DNA of 64,000 nucleotides from Entomortierella parvispora E1425 (taxonomy: Eukaryota; Fungi; Mortierellomycota), in NCBI GenBank assembly GCA_020891255.1, contig BQFW01000006.1, positions 558,001 through 622,000 on the forward strand. Reading direction: 5' to 3'. The notes below the pieces were generated by a model, which was not told the origin of the DNA, ran no database searches, and saw only the letters and a list, made by a program, of their open reading frames with translations. Shown here piece after piece: positions 23,501-36,500 of this stretch; the first letter of the stretch is position 1, and each line of letters starts with the position of its first letter. The position numbers and the translations under genes are program-made.

Positions 23501-26500
23501 ACAGCAACTCCAGTACCAGTTCCAGCAGCAGCAACAGCAACTCCAGTACCAGTTCCAGCAGTACCAACACAAGCGGAGGGAGAGCAACAACAGCAACCAC
23601 CGCGTTGCTTGGGCCACTGCCCCCAGTCCAGGCCCAGGCTGCTCCTCTGGCGAGGGTTCGTCCGTGGCCAGTGAGTCGAGTGTGTTTCTCGGATCCCGAC
23701 GTAGCTCCAAGGATTCTTGGTAAGGACATTGATTTGCTGCTGTGCTTTCCTTGCTGGTTTGGGCAGTCTGCTCCTTGTTCCTGAGAAGAAGGACCAGACC
23801 CTGTCCAGTCGGTCTTGCAGGAAACGAGTAAAACAGACAAATACACAAACCAAACACACAAGCCAAACGCACAAACAACAGAACAGACGATACGCGATGC
23901 GTCCGTGCTGTGCGAGGTCGGTTGATCGATGCGACGAGACAGATCCAAGCTAACGAATCACATATCACTCCAATGCTTCTTTTCCCTCCTCTTTTTGGTT
24001 GCTCTTTTGTTCTCTGTGCACAGTGACTCGGCCACGCCAGGCACGACCATTGAGGAGCTGCTGGAGCAGCTGGTCATCCCTGACTACGAGCATCCCGGAG
24101 GTACCTATATATAAGCTGGTTATATTGTAATTCATTCAACCTGCTGGCTGCGATCGCTGATTGACACCGTATTCCCTCTCCTGTAGACCAAGTTGCCCGC
24201 ACCACCACTTTCCTGTTGATCTTCCGCAAGTTTATGCGGCCTGGGGAGCTGCTCAAGATGTTCATCGACCGCTTCGAGGACCTGGGCGACTATGTGGACG
24301 AAGACGATCTGGAGGCGAACAACACACGGCTCAGGTACGTTCTCGCTTACCTACTGAAGAATCCATTGGAAGCCATTGGTTCTTCCAGATGAGAAAAGTC
24401 TAATCTTACTTGCCTCTTGTTTGACCTCATTTGGTGACGGTATCAATCAAATCAACGTTGACAAACAACCTTTGCCTGTAATAATAGGATCTGCTCTTGC
24501 CTCTACATTTGGCTGATGAACCACCCCAACGATCTCATCCATCGCCAAACACGACAGAACCTCGCCTCGTTCCTGAGAGAGCGCGTCGCCCACTTTCCTT
24601 GTCTGAACAAGATCTACTCCAAGCTGGCCCCTCTCTCCTCCGTCCGCTACTTTTACAGCTGGCGATGGCCCAACCACCCCGCTGGGAAAGTGGCCTCCGC
24701 AAGGACGTCCTGGGCCTCGGCCTCGACCAGCTCCTATGCCTCTGAGGACGATACCGACTCTGGATACCACGACGCAAGCTCGACTGGCTCCGTGACGGAG
24801 GAAGAGATGGACGAGGATCGGGAATGGGGCTATGCAGATGAGGATGTCCCTGTTTTAGAAGGCAGCAGCCACCACAACAATCAGAAGAAGGACAGTCAAT
24901 TGCTGCTCTCACCCTTCTCGCAGGTGGATTCGGGTCATCGTGCAGCTGCAGTGGCTGCAGTCCATCATCACGGAAAGCCACTCTTGTTTGGAGGCTCAAC
25001 CTCGCCTCAACTGCAGCAGCTTCATTACCTCGCCCCTCGCGACCGACGTTCCAGCACCGGTTCATTTGTCCTTCCACTATCCGGCCTCTCCTCTCCTTGC
25101 GAGATGGAGTCATTTGTTGCTGGAAGACGCGGATCGGCTTCCTCAGTCTCGTCCAACCCTGCTGCCGCTGCTGCCGCCGCCTCAGCTGTAGCGTCAACTA
25201 ACAACCCGCTTTCACCAGATGATCAAGCACCGTTCTTGTTGCATCAACTTCAGCCCATGACACCCATTCCGATCATCAACAAACGCAGTAGCAGTCAGGC
25301 CTATAAATACCAACGGACTCTTCTCGCCAACCAGCAAAACGCCATCTCCTCCGCCGCAAGCTCGCCGACTTTAGAGCCGTCGTCTCTCGACTCTATCGTA
25401 GCCCCCCAAGCGACCGGTGTGGGATCAGAACGCCAAAGACTGGGCGTGGAAGCCTCTGTCGAGGAAAATATTCATCCGCTCAGTACCCTCAGCCCCGCTC
25501 AATCGTCTCCACAACAGCAGCCTCAGCAACTTTCAAAGTCACAGAAGCAGAAATCACAAGTCGATGCTGATCAGTCAAAGCTGGCTACGACCATTGTTCA
25601 GCAGTCCATGCTGAGTCCAACTGGCAACCCAAGCAGTGTCAAGGGGTCTTTCAAGGCGGCACATTCCACATCGTCCATCAGCTCTGCAAAGAACTTGATT
25701 GACCCATTGTGTGTACCTCACCCCCATTTGTCGACCCACATCTCTTTCATGGACCTCAAAGACACTGCAGTTGCAGACCAGCTTACATGGATGGAAGCCC
25801 AACTCTTCCAAAAGCTGCAGCCCCGTGATATGTTGAGACAAGTCTGGAAGGGCAAGCGTGTCAATGGACCTTCCTCCTCAGCCGCATCAGGATCGGGACC
25901 AACTCCTTCTGGATCAGCTGCATTCCAGGCATGCATCACTCATTTCAACCACATCTCCAGCTGGGTTTCCACGATGATCCTCTTACCACCAAAGGCCAAA
26001 AACCGTGCCAAGATGATGGAAAAATTCATCGGGATCGCCCGGGCTCTGAAGGACATGCAGAACTTTAGCACGTTGATGGCGATTGTGAGTGCTATAAACT
26101 CGGCAGCCATCTATCGATTGCACCAAACGCGTCACTTGGTAGCCAATGGAAGCGGCAGTGGACGTGGCAACAGCCATGGTGGCGAGAGCTGGAAGGTCTT
26201 TCAAGAGCTGGAGCAGTTGATGAGCACCGATAGGAGCTACTCTGAGTATAGAGCCGCCCTAAAGACCGCAGCGGCCAACATGCCCATGTCATCCTCGTCC
26301 TCGCAACCATTGCAGCTGAGCTGCATCCCCCACTTGGGCATTCACTTGGCGGATCTGTTTTTGATCAGCGAAGGCAACAAGGACTTTCGCCAGGATGGAA
26401 CATTGCATTGGCAAAAATTCGTATTGATGACGGATACTATTGCCAGCGTGATGCAGTTCATACCAGAGAAACAGCTTCCGTCTCAGCAACAACAGCAGAC

Positions 26501-26831
26501 TGGAGAGAGTCAAAGTGGTAGCTCTTCATCGACCGCCGGGTATGGTCGAATCCAGGCAGATCCGTTTATTTCTCGGTTTATCTTTGACATCCATATCATG
26601 GACGAAGATGAGCGGTTCAAGCGATCTGTGGAATTGGAGCCGTCTCAGCAAGGCTCTTCCTCCCATTCCTCATCGTCCAACCCATTCTCGTCCTTTTCGT
26701 CTCCTTTTGCGGCTGCCCACCACCCTGTAGGCGCCGGGTCGATCCTGTCGTCCTCGTCGTCCATTAGTTCGTCGTCCTCTTCCAAGCTGACCCACTCGAG
26801 AAGCTTGAGCAAGTTTACGTTCTTTGGATAA
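20583..26831 (+). CDS. Ras guanine-nucleotide exchange factor (REM + CDC25-homology domain) with a long Ser/Pro/Gln-rich N-terminus; exons 20583..21618, 22087..23719, 24024..24100, 24187..24334, 24488..26831
   Basis: REM-like TIEELLEQLV...TFLLIFRKFMRPGELLKMFIDRF...RICSCLYIWLMNHPND. CDC25 motifs VADQLTWMEAQLFQKL, FNHISSWVSTMIL, KFIGIARALKDMQNFSTLMAIVSAINSAAIYRL, CIPHLGIHLADL. All splices preserve frame. The first exon is less certain; an alternative ATG lies at 21951. Confidence 0.88.
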
Positions 26832-27901
26832 GGAAGGAAGGAGACGTTTGTTTATACTTAATTTTGTACATTTTTTTTTTCCCTTTTTTCTTTTTTTCTT
26901 TTCTTTCTTCATTGCCATCGCTACCACACCCTGCATCCTCCTTTCCGGGAGCCTCTTTTCTTTTAATATTGTATACCAACTTTCTTTGTATGTCTCCCGT
27001 GTATGATAATAAACGTCTATGCATCAGAAACACAAAAAGAATGAGTTTGTGACGACCCAACCTATGCTGCCCCAGATACGGACAACCAGCAGCAAGAACA
27101 ATAGCAAAAGGCAGGATTACAGAAAAGGGTACACATTGTACTTTTTTTCATTGTCCTTCCTGGAAAGCTCTTTCTTTTGAGGACTTTAAACTTTAGTTAT
27201 AGAAGGGTCCCGAGTACCTGATGTCTTGGACTATCCGCGGAGGAAGTGAGGCTGTGCCGTTTGAAAAGAGATGCTGCCCAGGTGGGGTCGTACTGTAGGG
27301 GGCCATGAATTGCCTCGGCTGCGCGAACGAAATGAGCTGCGATGCGCTCGGAGCAAGGCAGAGTCGCTTCTTGTATCTGAGCCAACTAAGCAGCGCTAGA
27401 CTAAAGTAGGGGGGGAAACACATCACAGAGCACAAACACAAACGCAACTCCCCACAACTCCTCTCCCAACCCGAGGAAAACACAAAAAGAAAAGAAAAAA
27501 AAGGACGACGCGCCGCACTCCGAATCGCCGTAGTCGTGCACTGAACCTTGTTTGACATAAGGTGCAAAAGACAATGGTGGTTTGCACTGCTAGTCTGTTT
27601 TTTTCCTTCTGTTCTTTTTTGACCTCTCTGACCTTTCCCGGGCGACGATCGCTGCCAACTAGGCGGGGGTTGAGCAGCCAAGGATGAGCAGCCAAGGATG
27701 AGCAAGAGCCTGGCTACGAAAATGGTGGCAAACACAAAGAACAGCAACTGAGTTTCCCTGCTGGCCAAGCTCTTTCCTCTCTATAAAGAGACGGCATCGA
27801 CTCTCTTGTTTTCTAGCATCTTTCCTCACTTTTCTCTTCTTCATTTTCCCCTTCCACTCTATCCAGTTACCCCTTCTAGAGTACAGCAGTCCACAGCAGC
27901 T

Positions 27902-28375
27902 ATGGTCTACTATTATTCCTACTCGTTCAACTACCTTCACTTGATCTGGATTGCCTTTCTGATCATTGTCGCCATTATTGGCTGCATAATCCGCGCAAGA
28001 CGCAACCGTGCCCGTCTGGATGCTGCCAACCATAGTGTGACCATGGTGATGCAGCCAGTGGCGCCGCCTCCGGTGCAAGTGGACATGAACGATCCAAAGT
28101 ACCAGCAGCAGCCCTACCCTCAGCAGCCCTACCCTCAGCAGCCTTACCCTCAGCAGCCTTACCCTCAGCAGCCTTACCCTCAGCAGCCATATCCGCAGCA
28201 GCAGTCCTACCAGCAACCCGGTGGTGCCTACCCCCAGACATCGCCCTATATCGCCCCAGGTTCGGCTCCTTACTCTCCTGCTCCTTATTCGGCCGCCCCT
28301 GCTCCGGCTCCCTATGGTGGTGCGAGCCCCGCTCCCGGATATGTGCCCCCTACTTCTTACCCTGCTCAGATCTAA
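27902..28375 (+). CDS. Small single-pass membrane protein with Pro/Tyr/Gln-rich cytoplasmic tail (paralog 1)
   Basis: MVYYYSYSFNY, then hydrophobic LHLIWIAFLIIVAIIGCII, then RARRNRAR (positive-inside) and QQPYP repeats. Clear homology to 29273..30067. Confidence 0.8.
   Translation: MVYYYSYSFNYLHLIWIAFLIIVAIIGCIIRARRNRARLDAANHSVTMVMQPVAPPPVQVDMNDPKYQQQPYPQQPYPQQPYPQQPYPQQPYPQQPYPQQQSYQQPGGAYPQTSPYIAPGSAPYSPAPYSAAPAPAPYGGASPAPGYVPPTSYPAQI
28106..28195 (+). repeat. 15-bp coding tandem repeat, CAGCAGCC(C/T)TACCCT x6 = (QQPYP)6
   Basis: Read directly; the last unit is degenerate (CAGCAGCCATATCCG). Confidence 0.92.
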
Positions 28376-29272
28376 AAAAGAAAAAAAAGAAAAAAAAGAA
28401 AAAAAAAAAAGAATCGCGTTGGAGATGCAATTTATCCATCTACGCAGCACCTGTATCATAGCCAATAATCTCTCCAGGTCTTTACAAAGGCAACACGCCT
28501 ATCATAATAATAACACCATTTTTTTATATCTATATTAATAACGGCAAAGATGAAACGAGCATGCCTACGACGTCTGTCTTCCATGTCTGTCTGCCTCTCT
28601 GTTCTGTCCCTGCATGCCATGTGGACGTGCGGGATCGTATTTTTACCATCCGACAGGTGCGGACGGCAATCTATTCCCCCAGTCGAGCGTTGATTTCCTG
28701 TGGGGGGGTGCAGGCGAAGTGTGTTTTGATGGAAGAACCTCTGCGGGTGCTGCGGGCGCTTATCTCATTTTAGCTACAATTGCGTGGCCAAGGGAGAAGG
28801 GCACCGCACGGCATCGCACCGTTGCCGGCAGAGGACCGCGCTGTGCTCGAGAAACAAACAGCACAAGAAGAGAAGAAGAAGGACAGGGCACTGCCACATC
28901 TCTGCCCGCTCTGCCCTCTGCAGCGGTGCTCACAACACAACACCGTCCGCGGCTGTCGTCCGTCTGTTTGTCCGTCTCCTGCAACCCAAAGACCAATAAA
29001 GTCGACTCGCCAGACAGCACGGTGCGGGCTCACACCCCTGCTGCCCTTGGTTGCCTGTTTTGTCCCCTTGCCCAACAGTTTCTGTGTTTTTTTTCTTTTC
29101 TTTTTTCTTTGTTTGCTTTGCTCTCTCTCTCTCTCTCTTTTTCTTCTTTTCCCATCCCCTCTGTGTCCAACTCCCTTTTCCCTTCTTTCGACGCTCCTCT
29201 TCTTGGTCCCACGTTCGTCCTCTTCTCTCCCCCCTCTTCCTTGGCAGATATTCACACACTTCATTTCTCGCC

Positions 29273-30067
29273 ATGGCTTACTATTACTACACCTACAACT
29301 ATGCCCGTCTGGGGTGGATCGCCCTTGTCTTTGTCTTTGCCATTATCGTCTGCATCCTCCGCGCCAGGCGGAACGCTGCCCGTCTTGCCGCCGCCCAGTC
29401 GACTGTGCAGGTGGTGATGACCCCAGTGGACGCCAATAATCCTGGCTATCCGCAGATGCAAGAACCAGGGTATAGTTATTATCAACCCCCAGCACCAGCT
29501 TACACGCCAGGCACCACCGGCGCCCCTTACCCTCCCCCTACCTCTCCTTACCAACCACCCAACCAAGTTTACCCTGGCTCGCCTTACCAAGCAGCTGCCC
29601 AGCCAGAGTACCCACCTATGCCCTCGCCTTATAAACCTCCAGCAACCTACCCTCCTCTGAACGATCAACAGCAACAGTGGCAACAACAACAAATGAACTT
29701 GCAACAGCAGCAGCAGCAACAGCAAGCACCTTTCCAATACTCGCCTTCGCATTCCCCTGCGTTGCAGCCCGCCCCTCCACTGCCCTCTCAGGAACCCGCC
29801 TCGCACTCTGCACCCGTGACCGCTATGCCGGCCCAAAACACATCCTTGTCGGCCCCGGGCATGTTTTCCCCTCCTCCACTCTACACAGCCTCGCATCCTT
29901 CGTTGCAACCCGCACCTCCCGTGGAGAAGCCTCTGGAACACCAGGCGTACCCCATGCCTATTGACTATTCTGCCGGCGGCAGCAGCAGCGCAGCAGGCAC
30001 CGCCTCCACACAGCAGCAGCAGCAGCAACCCCCTCGCCCGGCTCAGGCACCTCAGGGACTCCAATGA
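29273..30067 (+). CDS. Single-pass membrane protein with Pro/Tyr/Gln-rich tail and a PPxY motif (paralog 2)
   Basis: MAYYYYTYNY, ARLGWIALVFVFAIIVCIL and RARRNAAR align with paralog 1. The tail contains PPLY. Confidence 0.8.
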   Translation: MAYYYYTYNYARLGWIALVFVFAIIVCILRARRNAARLAAAQSTVQVVMTPVDANNPGYPQMQEPGYSYYQPPAPAYTPGTTGAPYPPPTSPYQPPNQVYPGSPYQAAAQPEYPPMPSPYKPPATYPPLNDQQQQWQQQQMNLQQQQQQQQAPFQYSPSHSPALQPAPPLPSQEPASHSAPVTAMPAQNTSLSAPGMFSPPPLYTASHPSLQPAPPVEKPLEHQAYPMPIDYSAGGSSSAAGTASTQQQQQQPPRPAQAPQGLQ

Positions 30068-30590
30068 TTTGATGTGGAATCCAGAGCTCTGACAGACGAA
30101 ACCTCCCTTTCTACATAATACATACCCACTTTTTGATACATATTTATTTTCCACGACCTGCCTTACAAGTTCACCCATCCCATCCTCTTTGCAAAAGAAA
30201 ATAAAGAAAAAAAACCCCACTTTGGGGTGACTGCCTTTCCAGGAACCAGCCCGCCCCTGGAAGAGGATTGATTCTCTTCCTAATTCAGTGCTTGCATGCA
30301 TGTCGTTTGTCTTTCTCTCCTTCTCTCCTTCTCTCGCTCTTTTCTTGCTGTCTGTCTACGGTTATTAGCTCCTATGTAAAGAGTAAAGAGAAGGCAACCT
30401 CTCTGTACCACAACCGTCGACCTTTGTGAGAAAGAAGAAAAAGAAAAATATCAAACCCAGCTCGCTTTCGCCACAAAAATCTAAAATCATAGATCGTGCA
30501 GATCTAGTTCTTTTTTCCCCTTCTTCCCCCTTTCTCCGCACTCTGTCCCTCTTTTCCACCAACAAGAAGCAAAACGACCGAGTCAACCCA

Positions 30591-33500
30591 ATGGCCAGCA
30601 TCGACAACGATCGGCGGCGAGGCAGAGGCGGCAAGTCCTTCAGGGTCAAGGTGTCACTGACTGGAAGCATCAAACAAGTCCTGGACGACTACCCAGATGG
30701 AGCGCAGATCGCCCGTGAGCTGCTTCAGAACAGTGAGGACGCAGGATCGACAATACAATGGTACCTGCTCGACCATCGTAGTCACCCTTCCCAGAGCGTC
30801 TATTGTGAAGGCATGGAAGAGTACATGGGACCTGCCCTCTTGGCTGGCAACGATTCGCTTTTCAAGGAAAGAGACTATGCTTCGTTGCAGAACTTTGGCA
30901 ACAGTGGCAAGAAAACAGACTATGAAAAGATTGGCCAAATGGGCATTGGATTCAACAGGTACAGTAATCAGAATGTTACCATTTGGCTTTGGCCCGGGAA
31001 AGACCTATCATGCCATGCCAGCAAGTGGACAAGCTCAGAACACTGACACTCACTTCACAACTCGACACAGTGTCTATCATATGACGGATTGCCCATCGTT
31101 CTTGTCGCACGATCAGTTTGTGATTTTAGAGCCGCATGAAAACGTCCTGAGAGATGGTGGAATCCGGGAAGACTTTGTTTTTGAACAAGGACTCGACCAC
31201 TATGCGGATCAGATCAGGCCCTTCACTGCTATGGATGACACCCTTGATCTTTCGAAACCCTACAACGGCACGATCTTCAGGCTCCCCCTGCGCACGCATG
31301 CCCAGGCTACCACATCTCTCGTTTCCAACAGAGCATATTCTACGCAACAGGTAATGGAATGCGGCCGTTGATTTTTTAAGGTTGCAGATCATGTGCCTTT
31401 GACCAATCATCATTTTGCTCCCCTGGCTGGGCTCCAACATCACAGGCACGAGATATGCTAATGATGCTGAAGGAAGATGCTCTGGAGTGCCTTCTTTTCC
31501 TCAAACATATCGAACGGATCCAGATTTACGAAAGAACAGACGAAAATCCAGAGCCGGTACTTCTCTTTGGTATTGAAATTGTCAATGCTGAGGAGATCCG
31601 AGCAGAGCGGACGAAATTCATGGATCGCCTCAAGAGCTACTCGGACAACTCGTCTACAACCCAGAGCTCTGGATTGGCTCTTGACTCCTCTATCCGTCCA
31701 GAGTTCAGAATCACGGACGAGGATGGCAACATCACACTTGTCACCTGGCAGGTCACCAGCATGCTAGGGGACATGGAAGAAGCACGCCAGCAAGTAGAAA
31801 AGCGGTTCAAGTGCGACACCAAAGGTCATAGATTGATTCCCTGGGTGGGGATTGCATCTCCAGTGGATCCCTCCGTCAAGATTCGCGACCCTCGTCTGTT
31901 TTGTTTCCTTCCCATCGGATACAGCACGCTATTCCCAGTCCATATCAACGGTCATTTTGCAGTCAAGCCAAGTCGTCGCGAAATCTGGACAAACCAAGGA
32001 AATGATATATCGGAGCAGAGTAATGCGCGGATCAAAGCTCATTGGAACGACTATATGATGACGGAGTTGGTTCCCAAAGTGTATGCCCGTTTCCTGGAGA
32101 ACATGGATCTCGATCACGGCGTCGATTACAGTCTTTGGCCGGAACCGTCCAATGAAAGAATTATTCCTCTCTTTCAGGGAATGCTGGATCGAGTGCTGAC
32201 AGAGGCTATCAAGGAGAAGCGAAAAATATTCTTCATGGGACCCCCAGCAAGTGAAAGATCCATGGCCTTGGAGGACTGCAACATTGCCGACCAGGTTCTT
32301 AGATTATCCACTTTACTGGTGGACATTCTTCACCAGATGACGAACGTCGTTGTGGGTTTACCTGGAAGCACCCTTGCCACTGTCAGGACGGTCACCGAGA
32401 ATCTGGGATTGCAGGCGCAGTTTTTCAACCCTGCGCATGTCAGACAGTGCTTATTGCAGCATGTGGACCTGCTCTCGGAGGTGTCGTCGTCTGCGGCCAA
32501 GTCCCAGACTTTGGAGTACTGCTCTCGGGATCGCAATGTGGAGGCACTCGAGGGGCTACCACTCTTGCCCTTGGCTGATGGCACTTGGACCAAGTTTAGC
32601 AAAGACGCAAAAGAGAGTTGGTAAGTTGCAATCCAGGCTGTGACGCATGGCAAAAATCTCTCTCTCATAGCACCAACTCACAAGATATATCTATCATCCA
32701 TTGCTCAATCTCTGTAGCTTCTTGGTCAGCGAGCAGGAATACGAAATCCTCGATTTCTCGAACGCCGGTATTATTCGGCTTAATGAGCCCTCATTCCCAT
32801 ACTGGATCATTCAGGATGAGAACTACAGCATTTTCCTCACACAAGGCATGCCTTCATCAACTTTTATTCAGAAAATACGGGAATCCTTTTCAAGTCATTA
32901 TGATAACGGCACAGACGACTTTCCTACCGACAAATGGCTCTCGCAACTTTGGGGCTATCTGGAAACACGCAAAAGTCTTATCCCTAAACTTGAAGGACTA
33001 CATTTATTTCGGATTACTGGCAACAAACTCGCTTCACTAGATAAAGCCAACCCCGTTATGGCTTTTGAAGAGAAAAGCTCCCAAACAGCCCCCATTCTCA
33101 GGGAAACCTTGGATATAATGGATCGTCAGCTTGGTTGTACTGTACTGAACGAGGGGCAACCTGGTCCTATCTCCTTGGCAGAGGATTACCTCACCATGAT
33201 CACAGATGTTCCAGGGGTCCTCTTGACTCTCTACTCAATACCGTTATCCAAGATCTCTGCTCTCAGTCAAGATCACCGCAAAGTCCTCAGTCAGTACATT
33301 CAACACCACCTGTCTCCAGACGTACGACTTCGGATGGAGCAAATAGCGTCTCTTCGAAAATTGCCCATTTTTTGCTGCTACAAAGGCACGGAGTTGGAGT
33401 CGGTGGACGAATTGGCCATTGTACATGGAAATACTCGGTATATTTGCAAAGACTTTTCATCCTCTGATCTTCCATGGATGCCGTCAGGAATTACTCTCTT

Positions 33501-36500
33501 CCGACAAGGACAAGATCTTGAGACTGTACTCCAGAAAGTCCTCAATGTTCCGGTCATGGATGAGTCTATGTATTGGATCCATATATTTCTCCACCTGTCA
33601 AAGATGCCGGAGGCGGAATGGGATTTGGTCATTCACGCGTTTGCACGAAAGTATCAATCCCACTGGGCGCACGCCTCGTTTATATGGATGCTCCCGAGCA
33701 TGAAATTCGTCAGTGTCAAAGGACCAGGCCAGGAAACTCAATCCAAACGAATCTGTCCAAAACAGGTCGTTAGCTCCGCACTGGAGAAGATGTACTTGCA
33801 GGACGAAGTCCGCTTCCCTAAAGGAATCTATGCCGAAGAACCAGTCTTGACAATGTTGCAGTCACTAGGGATGACGACTGGTTTCAATGAGACATTAGCG
33901 AAGGAGCGTATCCTGACTATTTCGGACCGCTACGCCAAAGGCGATGTTGACATCAATGCAGCCACCGCGCTCTTCGTCCAGATTCAACGACTTTGCTCGG
34001 AGCAGACATTATCGCAGGATCTCATTAATGTCATACTGCGATGCAGGTGGATCCCTGCATCATCATCCACAACGTCGCCTGGTATCAGCTTGTACATGCC
34101 TAAGGAGTGTCGACCCGCTGGCGATAGGGTGCTGTTAGGCGACACAATGCCAATAGTGGATATCACTTTCTCAAGCCCAACGTTGATACTGTCATTAGGC
34201 TGGAATTATCGACCACCACTCGAAAAGGTTTTGCAGAATCTTGCACGACTGATTGAAACCGGAAGCGATATATCAGATATCGGACAGTCACAGGAGGATT
34301 CTTTGACGGCGATCTATCGGGAACTTCTTCAGCGCATATGGGCCCCTAATGCAGTTGAGATGATCAAAGAGACGGTTGGGTCGCGAAAATGGATTCTCGT
34401 GAACAAAAGGCTGTATGCCACAGATCGCGTAGCCTTCAGTATGCCATCGTTCTTGTCACCTAGATCAGTCCAGCTTCCGTCAACCACAACAGACCCGTTA
34501 TTCAAAGCTGTGGGTGTGCCAGAGTTTGTTGAGGTGAACGATCTGCAAGGCATAATCCGGGAGCTGGCCGCTCAGTACGGAGAGGACATGTCGCTATCAG
34601 AAGAAGACGCTATGCTTGTGGCTAGGATCATGGAACATATCGCCATCAACCCTCCAGACTCGGGAGAACATGGAGATCTTTCAAAACTCCTTGTACTCAC
34701 TCAGGACTCCAAGTTGTGCAGGATCGACAAGGTCGTCTATGACGATGTTAACGCAAGTCAGGAGTCATCAGATATTTGGACCGATTCAGATGAAGAGACG
34801 TACAATCTGGCTAGTTCGAAAATCTCTCATCATGTGGCCACAAAGCTCAAGATTACAATGCTCTCGACGCAATACTGGCATGCCAAGAAAGATCCGGATC
34901 TCGAACCTTGGGCGCAGCAGGAGGATATTGTTAATCGGATCAAAACTACCTTAAACGACTATGATCCTTCCAGTATTTTCAAAGAGTTCCTTCAAAACGC
35001 AGAGGATGCAGGAGCCACCAAGTGCGTCTTCAGATTGGATGAGCGTTCATATGGAACACAGTCCATTCTTAGTCCAGAGATGGCTGCATGCCAGGGACCG
35101 GCTCTTATCATCTACAACGATGCAGAGTTCACTAAGGACGACTTTCGTGCGCTTTGCAAACTCGGTGTTGGAAACAAACGTAAGAAGAGACATCATTCAG
35201 TTTGGCTTAAATGTGCTGAACGATATTGATTATTAACTCTGCATTCGACTCTCTTGTTCATCACTAGGCGACGACACTACAAAGATCGGTCGCCATGGTC
35301 TAGGCTTTAACTCTGCTTATCACTTCACCGACGTCCCAAGTGTTGTCAGTGGAACTCATATTGGATTCTTTGATCCCCATCGAGCGTACCTGCCGAAATC
35401 TCGTACATCCAAAGGACTAGTGGCTGAAGGAGGTGTCCGTGTCGACTTCAGGAAACTCAAAGGGCCAACGTACGCCGATCAAATGGCGCCCTACAAGGGT
35501 CTGTTTGGGTGTGATATGGAGTCCCACTTCAAAGGCACCATCTTTCGATTCCCTTTGCGCACTGCAAACAGACCGGTTCTACCAAAGACTGAGTCTTCTC
35601 TAGGGGAAAGTGCCTGGACTATCGGACGTATCGGGAACATCATGTCTGACTGGCACCAGGATGTAAAGATCGCGATGCTCTTTTTGAAGAACATGAAAAC
35701 GATTGAGTTCCAAGGAGGGAGCGGCCCTTGCATAGTGACAAAGTCGGACATAACAAGGGGCACGGCCTTGGAAAGCGTCAATGCTCGGTCACCCCTTGGA
35801 ACTGCAACAGCAAGTCTCGTCAGGATTCAGTCCAATTTGGGTGGTGAAATCAGGAGCGGTCTCCACAATTGGCTTGTGTTCCAAGAATCCCAGTTTCCTA
35901 TATCTTGCCCAGCCAGCGTTGTGAATCTTGCAAAAGTCAACCGGTGGACTCCACATCGCGGAACTGCATTCCCTTTGCGCAGACCTGAACAATCAGGAGA
36001 ATCATTCAAGGAGCAGATGCAAGGACGGCTATTCATTCACTTGCCAACTCCAACAAGGACAGACACAAAGTTCCATCTGCATGGTGAATTCGCCCTTTCA
36101 TCCAATCGAAAGGGTTTAGCAGGAGGTTCTGTCAGTACAGGAGATCCTCGAGCACTATGGAACGAGGCAATGAGGAAAACGCTAATGCCGTTGCACCTGG
36201 TCAAGGCGTTTGCCGTCTTGCTCGAGTTCACCATTGCCGTCAGTCCCAAGAATACCACGCACGATTTAGAAACTGTGCAGGCGCAATATTTCCCTTATTT
36301 GCCTGCACTTGGTACCTTGGAGAAGGAAGCCATTTTGGAGGAGTCTGAGTTCTGGAAGCACACTTACAACCATAGTGTCTTTCCATGCAGAGGGGCGGGC
36401 TATCAACTGGTTGCTAAAACTGCACAAGAATCTTTCTTCATGGATGCACAATTCCTCGCGCTTTCACAGGAAGTTCAGCAAAAGGTGGTGCAACTGTTGG

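Noticed and set aside
27672-27704. 14-bp direct repeat GAGCAGCCAAGGAT x2 upstream of the first Pro/Tyr-rich gene
   Set aside because: Two units only; consistent with simple slippage and not repeated upstream of the paralog.
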